Notes: generated from the sequence alone by a model not told the origin. DNA of 51,869 nt from Chthoniobacter flavus (GCA_945903555.1 CAMDOJ010000001.1:1-51869); one strand, 5' to 3'. Shown: positions 30,950 to 42,014, numbered from the stretch's first letter. Numbers and translations are program-made.

Positions 30950-30959
30950 CAAATTGGCT

Positions 30960-31793
30960 TTAAGGGGATACCATTTTTTTGACCGGCACCGTGGGCGGTG
31001 GAGTTATTATTTTTGAGTTCGGTAGGATATCCAAGCGGAGGACGCCTAGTTTTTTGGGGCTGATCGGGGGTCTTTCAAAAAGAAGATTTTTTTGGTGAAG
31101 GTATTCCGACAGGGTGGCGCTGATTTCTCTCGCTGTTCGCGCCGTGTCGAAGCTGACGCCGCTTCGGATGCCATCGGCCACGTGATAGAGAGAGGTGAAG
31201 GCCATTGGGCCACTCAAGGGCACGGCAATGATGCCGCCGATCCCTTGGGTGATATTCGAGCCGCCCGTTGTTTCAAATTCGAGTATCTTGGTCGGCTTGG
31301 ATCCAGAAAGATGATAGACGGCTATGGTGGATTCCATCTTGGTGCCGCCGGCCCCGAAGCCCACAGTGCTTCGCAGAAGTCGGCTGCCTTGGTTCACTCG
31401 AGTAAAGTGACCTTGGATCAACCAGAAATTGCCACGGGGAATCTTGGTGTCCGGCGATAATATTCTGGCTTGGGCCGCATGCGCCGGGAGTCGATCAAGA
31501 AGTTCCCGCGACATATTGGCTTTGAGGTTGGATTTAAACTCTGCCAGATCGTGCCCCTTTCTGTCCACACGCAGAACGATGTCCTCCACCGTAAAAGGCA
31601 TCAAAAATATTTCCTTCGGCGGTGAGGTGGGCGCAAAACTTTCGTCACGCTTCAAGTTGGTGATACTGACGGATGCGCAGGAAGTCAGGAAAAGAGAGAG
31701 GAGGGCGGTCGTGGCTGGATAGGTGATCGATGCCAAAAAAGTTTTTTTCCAAGCGCAGAGGGAGTCGTTGGCGGGGATTTTCAAAGCAGACAC
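30960..31793 (-). CDS. Putative lipoprotein, DUF4410-like.
   Basis: It has the lipobox LFLTSC. The central GSRLLRSTVGFGAGGTKMES segment resembles, from memory, the conserved core of DUF4410 lipoproteins, so the family call is tentative. Confidence 0.5.
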   Translation of the reverse strand: MSALKIPANDSLCAWKKTFLASITYPATTALLSLFLTSCASVSITNLKRDESFAPTSPPKEIFLMPFTVEDIVLRVDRKGHDLAEFKSNLKANMSRELLDRLPAHAAQARILSPDTKIPRGNFWLIQGHFTRVNQGSRLLRSTVGFGAGGTKMESTIAVYHLSGSKPTKILEFETTGGSNITQGIGGIIAVPLSGPMAFTSLYHVADGIRSGVSFDTARTAREISATLSEYLHQKNLLFERPPISPKKLGVLRLDILPNSKIITPPPTVPVKKMVSP

Positions 31794-31892
31794 TTAAGCC
31801 AATCAGACATGTAAATTGTTCTCAAGCGATATTCTGCTCATCGCTTTTTGATTTGCTGGTCTTGATTCTGAAGGCTTGGGCAGATTAAATGA

Positions 31893-33002
<1,110 letters not shown>

Positions 33003-33165
33003 TCTCGGCGGAAAATCAAATCACCAAACTAAGCCTTGACCCGGTGAATGGTGGCCTCCAGTATAAATCGTTGTTTAAAAAAAGCTGAAGGATTCCCCCT
33101 CTTAAAAAAAGTCCGGTTCCCAATGCATTTTAAAAACACACACAATCCATTTTCTCTAAAATTCG

Positions 33166-34203
33166 ATGTTTGATAATCTTCTTGGACTCTTCTCTAGCGA
33201 CATAGGTATCGACCTTGGCACAGCAAACACACTCGTTTACGTCAAAGATCAAGGAATTGTTCTGCGTGAACCCTCCGTGGTTGCGGTTCAGCAAGGCACC
33301 AACCGTGTTTTGGCCGTTGGCAACGAAGCAAAACGAATGCTTGGCCGAACCCCAGGCAATATTGTTGCCATCCGACCACTCAAAGACGGCGTTATTGCCG
33401 ACTTCGAGATCACGGAGGCCATGTTGCGCCACTTTATCAGCAAGGTGCACAACCGTCGTCGTATGGTTCGCCCTCGCGTGGTCGTGGCTGTGCCTAGCGG
33501 CATCACGGAAGTCGAAAAGCGCGCTGTGAAAGATTCCGCCACCCATGCTGGTGCGCGTGAAGTTTATTTGATCGAGGAACCTATGGCCGCCGCGATCGGT
33601 GTCGGTCTTCCTGTGCAGGATGCGGCCGGCAATATGATTGTGGATATTGGCGGCGGTACGACCGAAGTTGCTCTCATTTCGCTCTCGGGTATTGTGTTCA
33701 GCCGAAGCGTTCGCGTTGCCGGCGATGAGCTAGATGAAGCGATCACCGTCTACATGAAGCGCGCTTACAACCTAATGATCGGTGAGCGCACGGCGGAGGA
33801 AATAAAAATTAAAATTGGTTCAGCTTACAAGTTGGAGAAGGAAGTGTGCCTCGAAGTGAAGGGGCGGGATCTTGTTGCTGGACTGCCTAAAACTATTTCC
33901 ATTACGTCACAAGAAGTTCGCGAGGCCCTTATGGAACCGCTTTCTACCATCGTGGACTCGGTTCGTATCACGCTGGAGCGTTGTCCGCCGGAACTTTCAG
34001 CCGATCTCGTGGATCGTGGTCTTGTCCTCGCTGGTGGTGGTGCCCTCTTGCGTGGCTTGGATCGACTCATCTCCGAGGCGACTGGACTTCCTGTTCATGT
34101 GGCTGAAGATCCATTGAGTGCGGTGGCCGAAGGGACTGGTCGCGCGCTCTCCGAGTTGAAATTCCTTAAAGCCGTTTCATCCGAACGGCCTCACGGTCGT
34201 TGA
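33166..34203 (+). CDS. mreB: Rod-shape determining actin homologue MreB.
   Basis: [33 protein letters not shown] and [12 protein letters not shown] are MreB motifs. Confidence 0.95.
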   Translation: MFDNLLGLFSSDIGIDLGTANTLVYVKDQGIVLREPSVVAVQQGTNRVLAVGNEAKRMLGRTPGNIVAIRPLKDGVIADFEITEAMLRHFISKVHNRRRMVRPRVVVAVPSGITEVEKRAVKDSATHAGAREVYLIEEPMAAAIGVGLPVQDAAGNMIVDIGGGTTEVALISLSGIVFSRSVRVAGDELDEAITVYMKRAYNLMIGERTAEEIKIKIGSAYKLEKEVCLEVKGRDLVAGLPKTISITSQEVREALMEPLSTIVDSVRITLERCPPELSADLVDRGLVLAGGGALLRGLDRLISEATGLPVHVAEDPLSAVAEGTGRALSELKFLKAVSSERPHGR

Positions 34204-34219
34204 TCTGGAACGTTCTCAA

Positions 34220-35056
34220 GTGGAAGACGTCTCATTCTTCCAAACAATGAACAGACTTAACATCGCTCTCGTAGTCGCCTCTTTGGCGTTGGCGATCTAT
34301 CTCTCCGCCCTGTCCGCCTCCTCGATGCAGTCGATGCAATCGGGGTTTATCTCCCTGCTTTCGCCCTTTCTAAAAACGGGAACTGCGATGCAAAAAAATA
34401 TCGGATCCGTCGGTGAGAGGCTCAAATCCTTGGATGAGTTGGAGGTCGAAAATGTCCAACTTGTAGCGGAAAACCGTCAACTCCGGGCTTCGACCAAGCT
34501 CCTTAGTAAACTCGAGACAGAGAATAATAAGTTACGAATGGCTCTCGATTATCGCGAGCGCTCGTCATTTAAACTGCTGGCCGCCCGCATCATTTCCCGT
34601 GATGCCTCAACGTGGTGGAATACCATCCGTATCGACCGAGGATTTGAAGATGGAGTCGAAGCCGATCAGCCCGTCCTCACGGATGTGGGACTGGTTGGGA
34701 AAACGACGACGGTATCTAAAAATGAAGCCATCGTGGTGCTGGTGTCCGATGAGACCTGCCGGATCGCGGCCAAGGTCGAGGGCACAAAAGAGCACGGCAT
34801 TGTTTCTGGTATGCGAGTGCAAGAGGATGCCATCGGAGGATTGCTTCAAATGAACTTCCTTTCAAAAAATGCCCCAATTCAAGCCGGTCAGGAAATTTAT
34901 ACTGCAGGGGTGGCCCGCGGGTCTTTCCCGCCTGGGGTATTGATTGGCAAAGTGAAAGAATTTATTCCGCGCACGCTCGACGGACAGGCGGTCATCGAAC
35001 CTTGTGTGAATCTCATGATCACCGAGCATGTTTTTGTTCTAGTGGGGAAAAAATGA
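34220..35056 (+). CDS. mreC: Rod-shape determining protein MreC.
   Basis: It has an N-terminal TM, a coiled coil (LEVENVQLVAENRQLR) and a beta-rich C-terminal domain (GLVGKTTTVS, GVLIGKV). It follows mreB. An alternative start is ATG 34247. Confidence 0.85.
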   Translation: MEDVSFFQTMNRLNIALVVASLALAIYLSALSASSMQSMQSGFISLLSPFLKTGTAMQKNIGSVGERLKSLDELEVENVQLVAENRQLRASTKLLSKLETENNKLRMALDYRERSSFKLLAARIISRDASTWWNTIRIDRGFEDGVEADQPVLTDVGLVGKTTTVSKNEAIVVLVSDETCRIAAKVEGTKEHGIVSGMRVQEDAIGGLLQMNFLSKNAPIQAGQEIYTAGVARGSFPPGVLIGKVKEFIPRTLDGQAVIEPCVNLMITEHVFVLVGKK

Positions 35057-35604
35057 AACCACTCATCGATTTGCTGGCCTTGTTCATCGGTGTGCTTTTG
35101 GCTTTTATTGTTCAAAATTTCTTACCGCCGATGACTGACCTCCACGGGGCGCATGTTTTGTTGGTGCCGATGGTTTTTTGTTATGCGGCAATGGTGCTAC
35201 CCTTTCCCGCCATGCTTGCAGCGGCATTTTTCACGGGCTTCTTAAGCGACTTGTTTTACCTTCACGTTGTGGCAGGAAAAGTTGAAATTCCCATGGGATA
35301 TTCTATCATCTTCTTTGTGATCTTAGGCTGCTTTGCAAATGGATTTCGTCTAGCGATGAAAAGTCGTAATTCATGGCCTTTCATCCTGCTCAGCACGGTT
35401 GGAACATCGTCGTTTTTACTCGTTCAGTTTCTTTTGATCACATTTATTCGGGGAGGCATTATTGTGACGCCGGCAGTAGGTTGGCGCATTTTGGCACCAG
35501 GTTTGATTGCAGGTTTGATTGCGCCTTTATTTTATTGGACTGTGTCGCACATGGATCGCTTACTTCCTGATGGCTCCCGCAAATTGAGATCCGTCAAACG
35601 ATGA
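35053..35604 (+). CDS. mreD: Rod-shape determining protein MreD.
   Basis: It is a ~183-aa polytopic membrane protein immediately after mreC. The ATG at 35053 overlaps the mreC stop (ATGA). Confidence 0.7.
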   Translation: MKPLIDLLALFIGVLLAFIVQNFLPPMTDLHGAHVLLVPMVFCYAAMVLPFPAMLAAAFFTGFLSDLFYLHVVAGKVEIPMGYSIIFFVILGCFANGFRLAMKSRNSWPFILLSTVGTSSFLLVQFLLITFIRGGIIVTPAVGWRILAPGLIAGLIAPLFYWTVSHMDRLLPDGSRKLRSVKR

Positions 35605-37883
35605 AGCATTCACGCTCCGGACCTCGCATTTTCTTTCTAGCACTTCTCATTATCGGGGGAATGACGAGCGTCACGGTTCGTCTATGGAGTGTTCAAATCA
35701 CACGTGGCGCAGAGTATTCAGCCCGAATCAATTCGGCTTCCAAAGTGACTGTTCGACTCCCTGCTATAAGAGGTGAGATTCTGGATAGAAATGGCATCAA
35801 ACTTGTTGAAAATCGAGCCAGCTTTGAGGTGGATTTTTATTTGCCCGACATGGTTCGCGCCTACCGTGAGTCGCGCGGCTCGATTCCTATCACGGCCTAT
35901 CGTGGGCGGGTTCACAACATGCCCCGTGATCTCAAGGAGGCCGATGTGGTGAAAATCGTCTCGGAGACGGTTATCCCGCGCATGGAAGAATTAGGGGTAG
36001 CCAAGGATTTTAATGCCAACGCACTTCAGATGCACTACCGCACGAATCGCGAAGTCCCATATAACTATCGTCAAGATCTCAGCTTCGAGGAAATGGCGCT
36101 CTTTTCGGAGAGGAATCTGGGACTTCCAGGCGTCAATGTGAGCATTAAGCCGGTTCGATGGTATGTTTACGGATCAATGGCTGCCCACATCCTAGGCTAT
36201 GTGGGGGCGCCCTCGGATATCGACAAGTTGCCCGATCTGAAAAATTTCAACTTCTACGAACCCGATGTGGAGGGTAAGGCGCAGTTGGAACTTTCTTTAA
36301 ACGAGACACTCAAGGGAAAACCTGGCGCCCGCATCCTCCAGCGCAATGTGAAGGGCGTTATCGAAGGGGAAATTGAACGAAGGGAACCGATACAGGGGAA
36401 CAATGTTTTTCTCACTCTTGATGCTAAAATTCAATACATCACCGAAAATGCGCTCAGGTATGTGGGACGCGGTGCGGCCGTCGTTCTCAATCCTAAAAAT
36501 GGCGACATCCTTGCTATGGCGTCAGTCCCATCCTACGACCCCAATATTTTCATTCCAACGATTGCTTCGAGCGAATGGAGCGTCATCAACAAGGATGAGA
36601 CTAATCCGCTGGTGAACCGCGCCATTAGTGCTTATGCTCCTGGTTCGACCTATAAAATTCCAATTTCATTGGCGGGATGCCGAGCGGGGATCGTGGACAA
36701 ATGCTTCAGTTGCTATGGGGGCGTTCAATACGGCAACAAGTATATGAAGTGCTGGATAGCTGAGAAGCATCGCACGCACGGCAAACTCTCGCTGCCCGAT
36801 GCCATCAAAGTTTCCTGCAATGCCTATTTCTATCAGTTTGGAAATGCCGCCGGAATCGACCAGATCAACTTGGTCGGAAAAATGCTCGGCTTGGGACAAA
36901 AAACCGGCATTCCTCTTTCGGGTGAATCGCCAGGTGTTCTTCCCGGGCCGGAGTGGCTATCGAAGGTGAATCCCCGCGCAAGGTGGTCCAACGGATTCAC
37001 GGCGAATACAGCCATTGGGCAAGGCGATGTGCTGGCCTCACCGCTTCAAATGGCTATTGTCACTGCCGCCATCGCCAATGGGGGCATCGTTTACTATCCA
37101 CGCCTCATTGATCGTATAGTCGCACAAGATGGTTCGGTTGTTTCCAAGGAACCGCCGCGTCTTCGGGCGAACCTCATTACTGATGGTGGCTTCACAGAGG
37201 CTCAGATCGCGGAGGTTCGCAAGGGTATGTGGAATGTCGTTAATGAAGATGGCGGCACCGCTGGACGGGCCCGCAATGAAAATATGGTCACCGCAGGCAA
37301 GACGGGAACGTCTCAGTTCTGGCGTTCAGGCAAAAAAGACAACCACACATGGTTCATTTCCTTCGCCCCGTATGATGACCCCGATTATGTGGTTGTGACG
37401 TTTGTACAGGGAGCCAAGTCCGGTGGAGGGGTTTCCGCTCCCATTGCCGCAAAAATTCTCAAAGACATCTCTGCTTACAAAAATGGAGAGGATGTCACTC
37501 TGGCCGCGCTCGAGCCGGCCAAAGGCAATTTTCTTTTCACGGAAAGCATGGATTTTGGTCGTGAGGCCCCCGCCTTGAATAAACTCTCCGAGGACGCCGA
37601 AGTCGCCGAGAATCCTTCTGCCGAAGCGCAGGAAAGCCGTCCACCAGCCACGCCCAGCGTTCGCGAGGACGCCGATGCACGTGGCCGCGTGAATAACACA
37701 ACTCAACCCAAACCCAACCAACCCACTCAACCCAACCAAGCCTCAACCAAGCCCCAACCAACCCCGACCCCCGCTCCCCGCAACAACCCCATCCAAAACA
37801 TTTTCAATCTCATCAGTGGCAAAAAGGCCGCGGTTGACGGTGAAAACCAGAAACCAAAACCGGAAAAACCAAAGAACAGGTGA
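35601..37883 (+). CDS. mrdA: Elongation-specific class B PBP (PBP2/MrdA) with a ~137-aa low-complexity C-terminal tail.
   Basis: RGEILDRNG and the transpeptidase motifs STYK, SCN and KTGT support the call. The tail from residue ~624 is rich in P, Q, T, N and K (QPKPNQPTQPNQASTKPQPTPTPAP). Confidence 0.9.
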   Translation: MKHSRSGPRIFFLALLIIGGMTSVTVRLWSVQITRGAEYSARINSASKVTVRLPAIRGEILDRNGIKLVENRASFEVDFYLPDMVRAYRESRGSIPITAYRGRVHNMPRDLKEADVVKIVSETVIPRMEELGVAKDFNANALQMHYRTNREVPYNYRQDLSFEEMALFSERNLGLPGVNVSIKPVRWYVYGSMAAHILGYVGAPSDIDKLPDLKNFNFYEPDVEGKAQLELSLNETLKGKPGARILQRNVKGVIEGEIERREPIQGNNVFLTLDAKIQYITENALRYVGRGAAVVLNPKNGDILAMASVPSYDPNIFIPTIASSEWSVINKDETNPLVNRAISAYAPGSTYKIPISLAGCRAGIVDKCFSCYGGVQYGNKYMKCWIAEKHRTHGKLSLPDAIKVSCNAYFYQFGNAAGIDQINLVGKMLGLGQKTGIPLSGESPGVLPGPEWLSKVNPRARWSNGFTANTAIGQGDVLASPLQMAIVTAAIANGGIVYYPRLIDRIVAQDGSVVSKEPPRLRANLITDGGFTEAQIAEVRKGMWNVVNEDGGTAGRARNENMVTAGKTGTSQFWRSGKKDNHTWFISFAPYDDPDYVVVTFVQGAKSGGGVSAPIAAKILKDISAYKNGEDVTLAALEPAKGNFLFTESMDFGREAPALNKLSEDAEVAENPSAEAQESRPPATPSVREDADARGRVNNTTQPKPNQPTQPNQASTKPQPTPTPAPRNNPIQNIFNLISGKKAAVDGENQKPKPEKPKNR

Positions 37884-39511
37884 GCCCATCCAATCGTGCG
37901 AATCCATTTGCACAAACCCTTATAAACTTAATGTTAGAAACAGTGAAAAAAATCCTAGGTCTCGGAAAAAAATCAACCGGCATCAAGCTGATCGTGAGTA
38001 GCGAGAAACTTGAGAAACGGGTCGCCCTCCTCGAGAACAATCGTCTTGAGGAATACACCATCGAACGCGAGACCGATCGCAATATTGTTGGCAGTATTTA
38101 CAAAGGAAAAGTCCGCAATATCGAACCCGGCATCAAGGCGATGTTCGTTGATATCGGATTCGAGAAAAATGCGTTTTTGCAGTTCTGGGATGCTATCCCA
38201 GCTGCGCTCGATAGTGGCATCGAAACCATCAATCGGGCTGGCGAAAACTCGAAGAAAAAAGCCCCGCGCATCACTCATAAAGATGTGCCGAATATCTACC
38301 CGATCGGATCGGACATCCTCGTGCAGGTCAAAAAAGGACCTATCAGCAACAAGGGGCCCCGCATCACCACCGATATCAGCCTCGCGGGTCGCTATCTCGT
38401 TTTGATGCCCTTCAATGATCAGTTCGGCATCTCTCGTAAAATCGAGGATCCGAAGGAACGTGATCGTCTCCGCAAGATCCTTCGCAGTCTCGATGTGCCA
38501 GAGGGCATGGGCGTCATTATGCGGACGGTCGGGGCGGGGCAGCGCGCCCGCTACTTTGTTCGCGATCTCAGCATCCTTGTGGATCAATGGACGCAAGTTC
38601 AGAACGGCCTACAGGAAAAATCTTCTCCAGCTTGTCTGTTTGAGGAACCTGACCTCATCGAGCGAACTGTTCGTGATTTCCTCACGGATGAAGTCGATGC
38701 CATCATTGTGGACGACGCTAAGGCCGTCGAGCGAATGCAGCACATTGTCGGTCAGATCTCGAAGCGGGCGAAAAAATCCATCCAGCATTACACCGGTGCT
38801 CAGCCGATTTTTGAGTGTTTCGGAGTGAAAGCCCAAATTGAGGCCGCGTTTCACCGTCAGGTTTGGCTGCCTTGCGGTGGTTACATTGTAATCGATGAGA
38901 CCGAGGCCATGATTGCCGTGGACGTGAATACTGGGCGCAACAAGGGGTCCAAGGATATGGAAAAGACCATCCTTCAGACGAATATCGAAGCTGCGGAGGA
39001 GATTGCTCGCCAAGTGCGCCTGCGTAATATCGGCGGACTCATCGTGGCTGACTTCATCGACATGAAGCACCGCAAGGATCAGCAGGCGGTTTATCTGCAC
39101 ATTAAAGACCGTCTCAAGCGCGACAAGGCGCGAACTCATGTGCTGCCGATATCTCAACTTGGTCTCTTGGAAATGACGCGCCAACGTGCCAATGAGAGCC
39201 TTGCCAGCTCGATCTTCATTCCGTGTCCGCATTGCAGCGGAAAAGGAATGATCAAGAGTCCGATGACCATGAGTGTGGAGCTTCAGCGCGCCCTTCATGC
39301 TGTGATGCGGAAGCACCAAGAAGCCGTTCATGAAATCCGCGTGACTGTTCATCCCGATCTTCTCAATCGCTTGCGTACGGACGACGAGGAACATCTCGTT
39401 GAGATCGAGCGCCGCTATGCCGGTCGTTTGGCCTTCCGCGCGGATCCGACTTACCATCAGGAAAAGTTTGTTATATCGAACGCCATTAATGGCGAAGAGC
39501 TCAAAGCCTGA
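37880..39511 (+). CDS. rng: Ribonuclease G/E-family endoribonuclease.
   Basis: It has an S1 domain (GSIYKGKVRNIEPGIKAMFVDIG), an RNase E/G catalytic core (IAVDVNTG, GGLIVADFIDM) and a CPHCSGKG zinc-link-like motif. The start is GTG 37880 (overlapping the mrdA stop) or ATG 37931. Confidence 0.88.
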   Translation: MSPSNRANPFAQTLINLMLETVKKILGLGKKSTGIKLIVSSEKLEKRVALLENNRLEEYTIERETDRNIVGSIYKGKVRNIEPGIKAMFVDIGFEKNAFLQFWDAIPAALDSGIETINRAGENSKKKAPRITHKDVPNIYPIGSDILVQVKKGPISNKGPRITTDISLAGRYLVLMPFNDQFGISRKIEDPKERDRLRKILRSLDVPEGMGVIMRTVGAGQRARYFVRDLSILVDQWTQVQNGLQEKSSPACLFEEPDLIERTVRDFLTDEVDAIIVDDAKAVERMQHIVGQISKRAKKSIQHYTGAQPIFECFGVKAQIEAAFHRQVWLPCGGYIVIDETEAMIAVDVNTGRNKGSKDMEKTILQTNIEAAEEIARQVRLRNIGGLIVADFIDMKHRKDQQAVYLHIKDRLKRDKARTHVLPISQLGLLEMTRQRANESLASSIFIPCPHCSGKGMIKSPMTMSVELQRALHAVMRKHQEAVHEIRVTVHPDLLNRLRTDDEEHLVEIERRYAGRLAFRADPTYHQEKFVISNAINGEELKA

Positions 39512-39538
39512 GCTCTGACCGATAGCTGATCAAAATAA

Positions 39539-39601
39539 GGAAGACCGCTTTTCTCGTTGTTCTCCGCAAAGTGAGCAATGGGTAGGCGGTCTTCTGCTTT
39601 T
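39539..39601. terminator. Possible bidirectional terminator between the convergent rng and CBM9-like genes.
   Basis: GAAGACCGC (39540-39548) pairs with GCGGTCTTC (39586-39594), followed by TGCTTTT. T-rich tracts flank both sides. The ~37-nt loop is atypically long, so confidence is low. Confidence 0.3.
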
Positions 39602-39610
39602 GATGAAACG

Positions 39611-40282
39611 TCATTCGACGAAGCTCATTAAGCCCCAATCTTCTTGGTGATGGAAACTCAAAGGCAAATGGTGCGATGAAGAGCTGGAGAGAACCGGGGT
39701 GGGATCTCCTTGGTAGTAATCGTAGCGACTGAAAGAAAAGAGCCATTGGGAGCCGGTTTTTGGATGTCCAGCTTCAGCCACCATCGCGAAAGGGATTGCT
39801 GCCATCACAAGCCAGCGTTTGTCTAGGTTCTGAATTTTTGTGCGGCTTTCAATGACCTGATTTTGGACGAGCCATTCCTCAGGAATATCTCCCTTGGGTC
39901 GCTTGCGGAAGGCGGTCGCTGATGGCACCCTTAGCTGGAACTTTTGATTATCCGGCCCGACATGGAATTCATAGTAAGCGTCCTGCTCGATCGGGCGAAG
40001 GAACAGCTCAAAGACATCGCCGCGTTTAAAAGCTGGAGCATTGAATTCCCGAGATGGATTGAAAATGTCGGCATCGTCGAGTTCAGCCAATACCAACAAG
40101 GCGTTATTAGTCCACGCTGTGCGGACGCAGGATGGCAGAAATCCGGCTTGGGGATGGGGAAGCCAATGCTGGTGTAGATAAACAGGCGGCGACTTTTCAA
40201 AGGCTTTCGCTGCGGCATCCCACTCATCGAGATTAAAAGAAGTCACTCGGGGACAAATTGTTTTTTTACGATGGATATCCAT
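39611..40282 (-). CDS. CBM9-like / DOMON-like carbohydrate-binding-fold protein.
   Basis: WTNNALLVLAELDDADI, GDVFELFLRP..DAYYEFHVGPDNQ and WLFSFSRYDY resemble the carbohydrate-binding family 9 domain pattern. There is no signal peptide. ATG 40282 is preferred over the TTG at 40300. Confidence 0.55.
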   Translation of the reverse strand: MDIHRKKTICPRVTSFNLDEWDAAAKAFEKSPPVYLHQHWLPHPQAGFLPSCVRTAWTNNALLVLAELDDADIFNPSREFNAPAFKRGDVFELFLRPIEQDAYYEFHVGPDNQKFQLRVPSATAFRKRPKGDIPEEWLVQNQVIESRTKIQNLDKRWLVMAAIPFAMVAEAGHPKTGSQWLFSFSRYDYYQGDPTPVLSSSSSHHLPLSFHHQEDWGLMSFVE

Positions 40283-40582
40283 GTGGGGTGACACAATCAA
40301 AGGTGTCTGATCCCGTCAAGCGTACCGCCCTCCCTACCCAGACGCCGCATGGGAAACTTCTGTTTATGAGCGGAAAACTATGCCTTGAAATTATGCCCCT
40401 ACAAAAAGGAAATTCGATTTATTTTGAGCCAGATATCCGTCCCATTTTCAATAATGACGGCATGGCTTTGAGTATCGATCGCGACAGAAATCTGCTGCCC
40501 TGTGGAGCCTCGAACGTCTCGGTTCGCTGTGGCAAATTGAACTTAAATTTGCATTCTTGAAGGTTTATGGAGAAAGTAATAG

Positions 40583-40891
40583 GTGATGGACGTCACGTCG
40601 CCTAAAAAAAGAATATCGCTGACTGATGCTTCTGTTTTGTCGCGACTCACCGAACCGAAGCTAAATATCATCGTGCAGCAAATTTTAAAAGGCGTGGATG
40701 AGTTGAGTGAGTTTTATAACCAAGCGAACTCCAATGAAAAATTTGCATTTATTCGTAACATTAGGGAATGTTACATTGAAGAGTGTAAGATCACGCGACG
40801 GGTTCTTGCCACGGATGAATTTATTCAAATTATGGTGAATTCGATTGGGTGGGATTTTGCTTTTCCAGATAGTCCGGTCGAAAACGACTGA
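40583..40891 (+). CDS. Hypothetical small soluble protein (about 101-102 aa) with no recognisable family.
   Basis: The ORF lies in a visibly AT-richer stretch and is followed by a hairpin plus T-run. It is predicted helical with no TM. I see no motif that I recognise. Confidence 0.4.
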   Translation: MMDVTSPKKRISLTDASVLSRLTEPKLNIIVQQILKGVDELSEFYNQANSNEKFAFIRNIRECYIEECKITRRVLATDEFIQIMVNSIGWDFAFPDSPVEND

Positions 40892-40908
40892 ATCGTCACC
40901 GGTTTTTT
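40874..40908 (+). terminator. Rho-independent terminator candidate after the small ORF.
   Basis: CCGGT-CGA...TCG-(TC)-ACCGG forms a stem (40874-40902) that overlaps the TGA stop, followed by TTTTTT (40903-40908). Confidence 0.5.
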
Positions 40909-40952
40909 AAAGTGCCCCGAGTGGACAGGTGCAATAAAGATCGCCGTAATCC

Positions 40953-42014
40953 TCATTTTTTGTCGATCGGCACTTTTGTTTTAGACGAAATAAGAGGCTT
41001 CTCAATCAAGTGCCAACTCAGGATGCCGACAAGAAATGTGAGAACAAAGGTGGTCGAGATGAGAAAGATGTTTTCTGGATTGCTGGGGAATTGAAATTTT
41101 TTAAAGGCCGTTTCTACAAAGGTGTGAAGCAGGGGGTGAAACACATAAAGCGCGTAGCTGATCACACCCGTGTATACCAAGCCTGGGAATTGAAGCGCAT
41201 GGCCCCAGAATCCAGTGAAGCCGATGGCCGCTCGCAAAATGAGCCATCCAAAAAAGAGCGCTTCCAGAGTTTCCGCAGAGTGAATCCACGCCGTATCGAA
41301 CCCCCAGAGGCGTATCACCATAGATCCAATCAAGCAAACCCATGCGGCCAGTGTGACGCTGATCCTGCAGGCCAAACGGGTGACGGTCTCTTTTTTCTCA
41401 CGATACAAAAGGCCGATTAAAGCTCCCGCAGCGATCGAGTCCATGGAAGAAAGTGGAGAGTACCACACCATCATGGGGGCAACGCCCATCGTGGTTGCTA
41501 TCCAGCGGTGAAGCCAAGCGCCGAAAAAGCAAAAAACGAATATCGGAACGAATAGGCGCCTAGGTATCCAAAGGATCAAAAGAGACAGGACAAAAACCAT
41601 TTGTTCGCTGGTTGCTAGAAACCAATAATGAGATAGAGCGCCTGGCCATTGTTCGGTGAAGCCCATGTAGAAATTCACGGAAAAAGTGCAAATCCAAACC
41701 CAGACTTGCCGCGCAGGCTCGATCCCGAGCAGGCAGAGAATCCCGAAAGCCAGAAAGTAAACGGGAAAAATACGGATCGCTCTTTTTTTGTAGAAACCTG
41801 TGAGAATCTTTGAAGGAGCATTTCCCCGATCCACCTGTTGAAGATGATTGCCGATAAGTAAGAATCCGGTCATTACAAAAAAAAGCCTCACACCCAATGG
41901 ACCTAGAGCAATCCAAGATCCGGCGCCTGGAACAAGATGGTAAAAAAGAACCATGATGCAGGCGATACCGCGTAGAGCATCCAGTTGGTAAAAATAGTTT
42001 TTTGCCTTGCTCAT
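40953..42014 (-). CDS. Acyltransferase family 3 (OafA/YrhL-like) integral membrane O-acyltransferase.
   Basis: It has ~10 TM helices and the N-terminal LDALRGIACIMVLFYHL motif characteristic of the acyltransferase_3 family. Confidence 0.85.
   Translation of the reverse strand: MSKAKNYFYQLDALRGIACIMVLFYHLVPGAGSWIALGPLGVRLFFVMTGFLLIGNHLQQVDRGNAPSKILTGFYKKRAIRIFPVYFLAFGILCLLGIEPARQVWVWICTFSVNFYMGFTEQWPGALSHYWFLATSEQMVFVLSLLILWIPRRLFVPIFVFCFFGAWLHRWIATTMGVAPMMVWYSPLSSMDSIAAGALIGLLYREKKETVTRLACRISVTLAAWVCLIGSMVIRLWGFDTAWIHSAETLEALFFGWLILRAAIGFTGFWGHALQFPGLVYTGVISYALYVFHPLLHTFVETAFKKFQFPSNPENIFLISTTFVLTFLVGILSWHLIEKPLISSKTKVPIDKK

Noticed and set aside
33036-33068. A TTGACC ... TATAAA pair upstream of mreB as a sigma70-type promoter.
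   Set aside because: By my count the spacer between the hexamers is ~20 nt, outside the usual 16-18 nt. It is not called as a promoter.
40258-40560. A 100-aa ORF starting at TTG 40258.
   Set aside because: The TTG start overlaps the 5' end of the CBM9-like gene on the opposite strand, and the first third is implausible. Only the shorter ATG-initiated 64-aa version (from 40366) is kept, as a speculative part of the islet finding.
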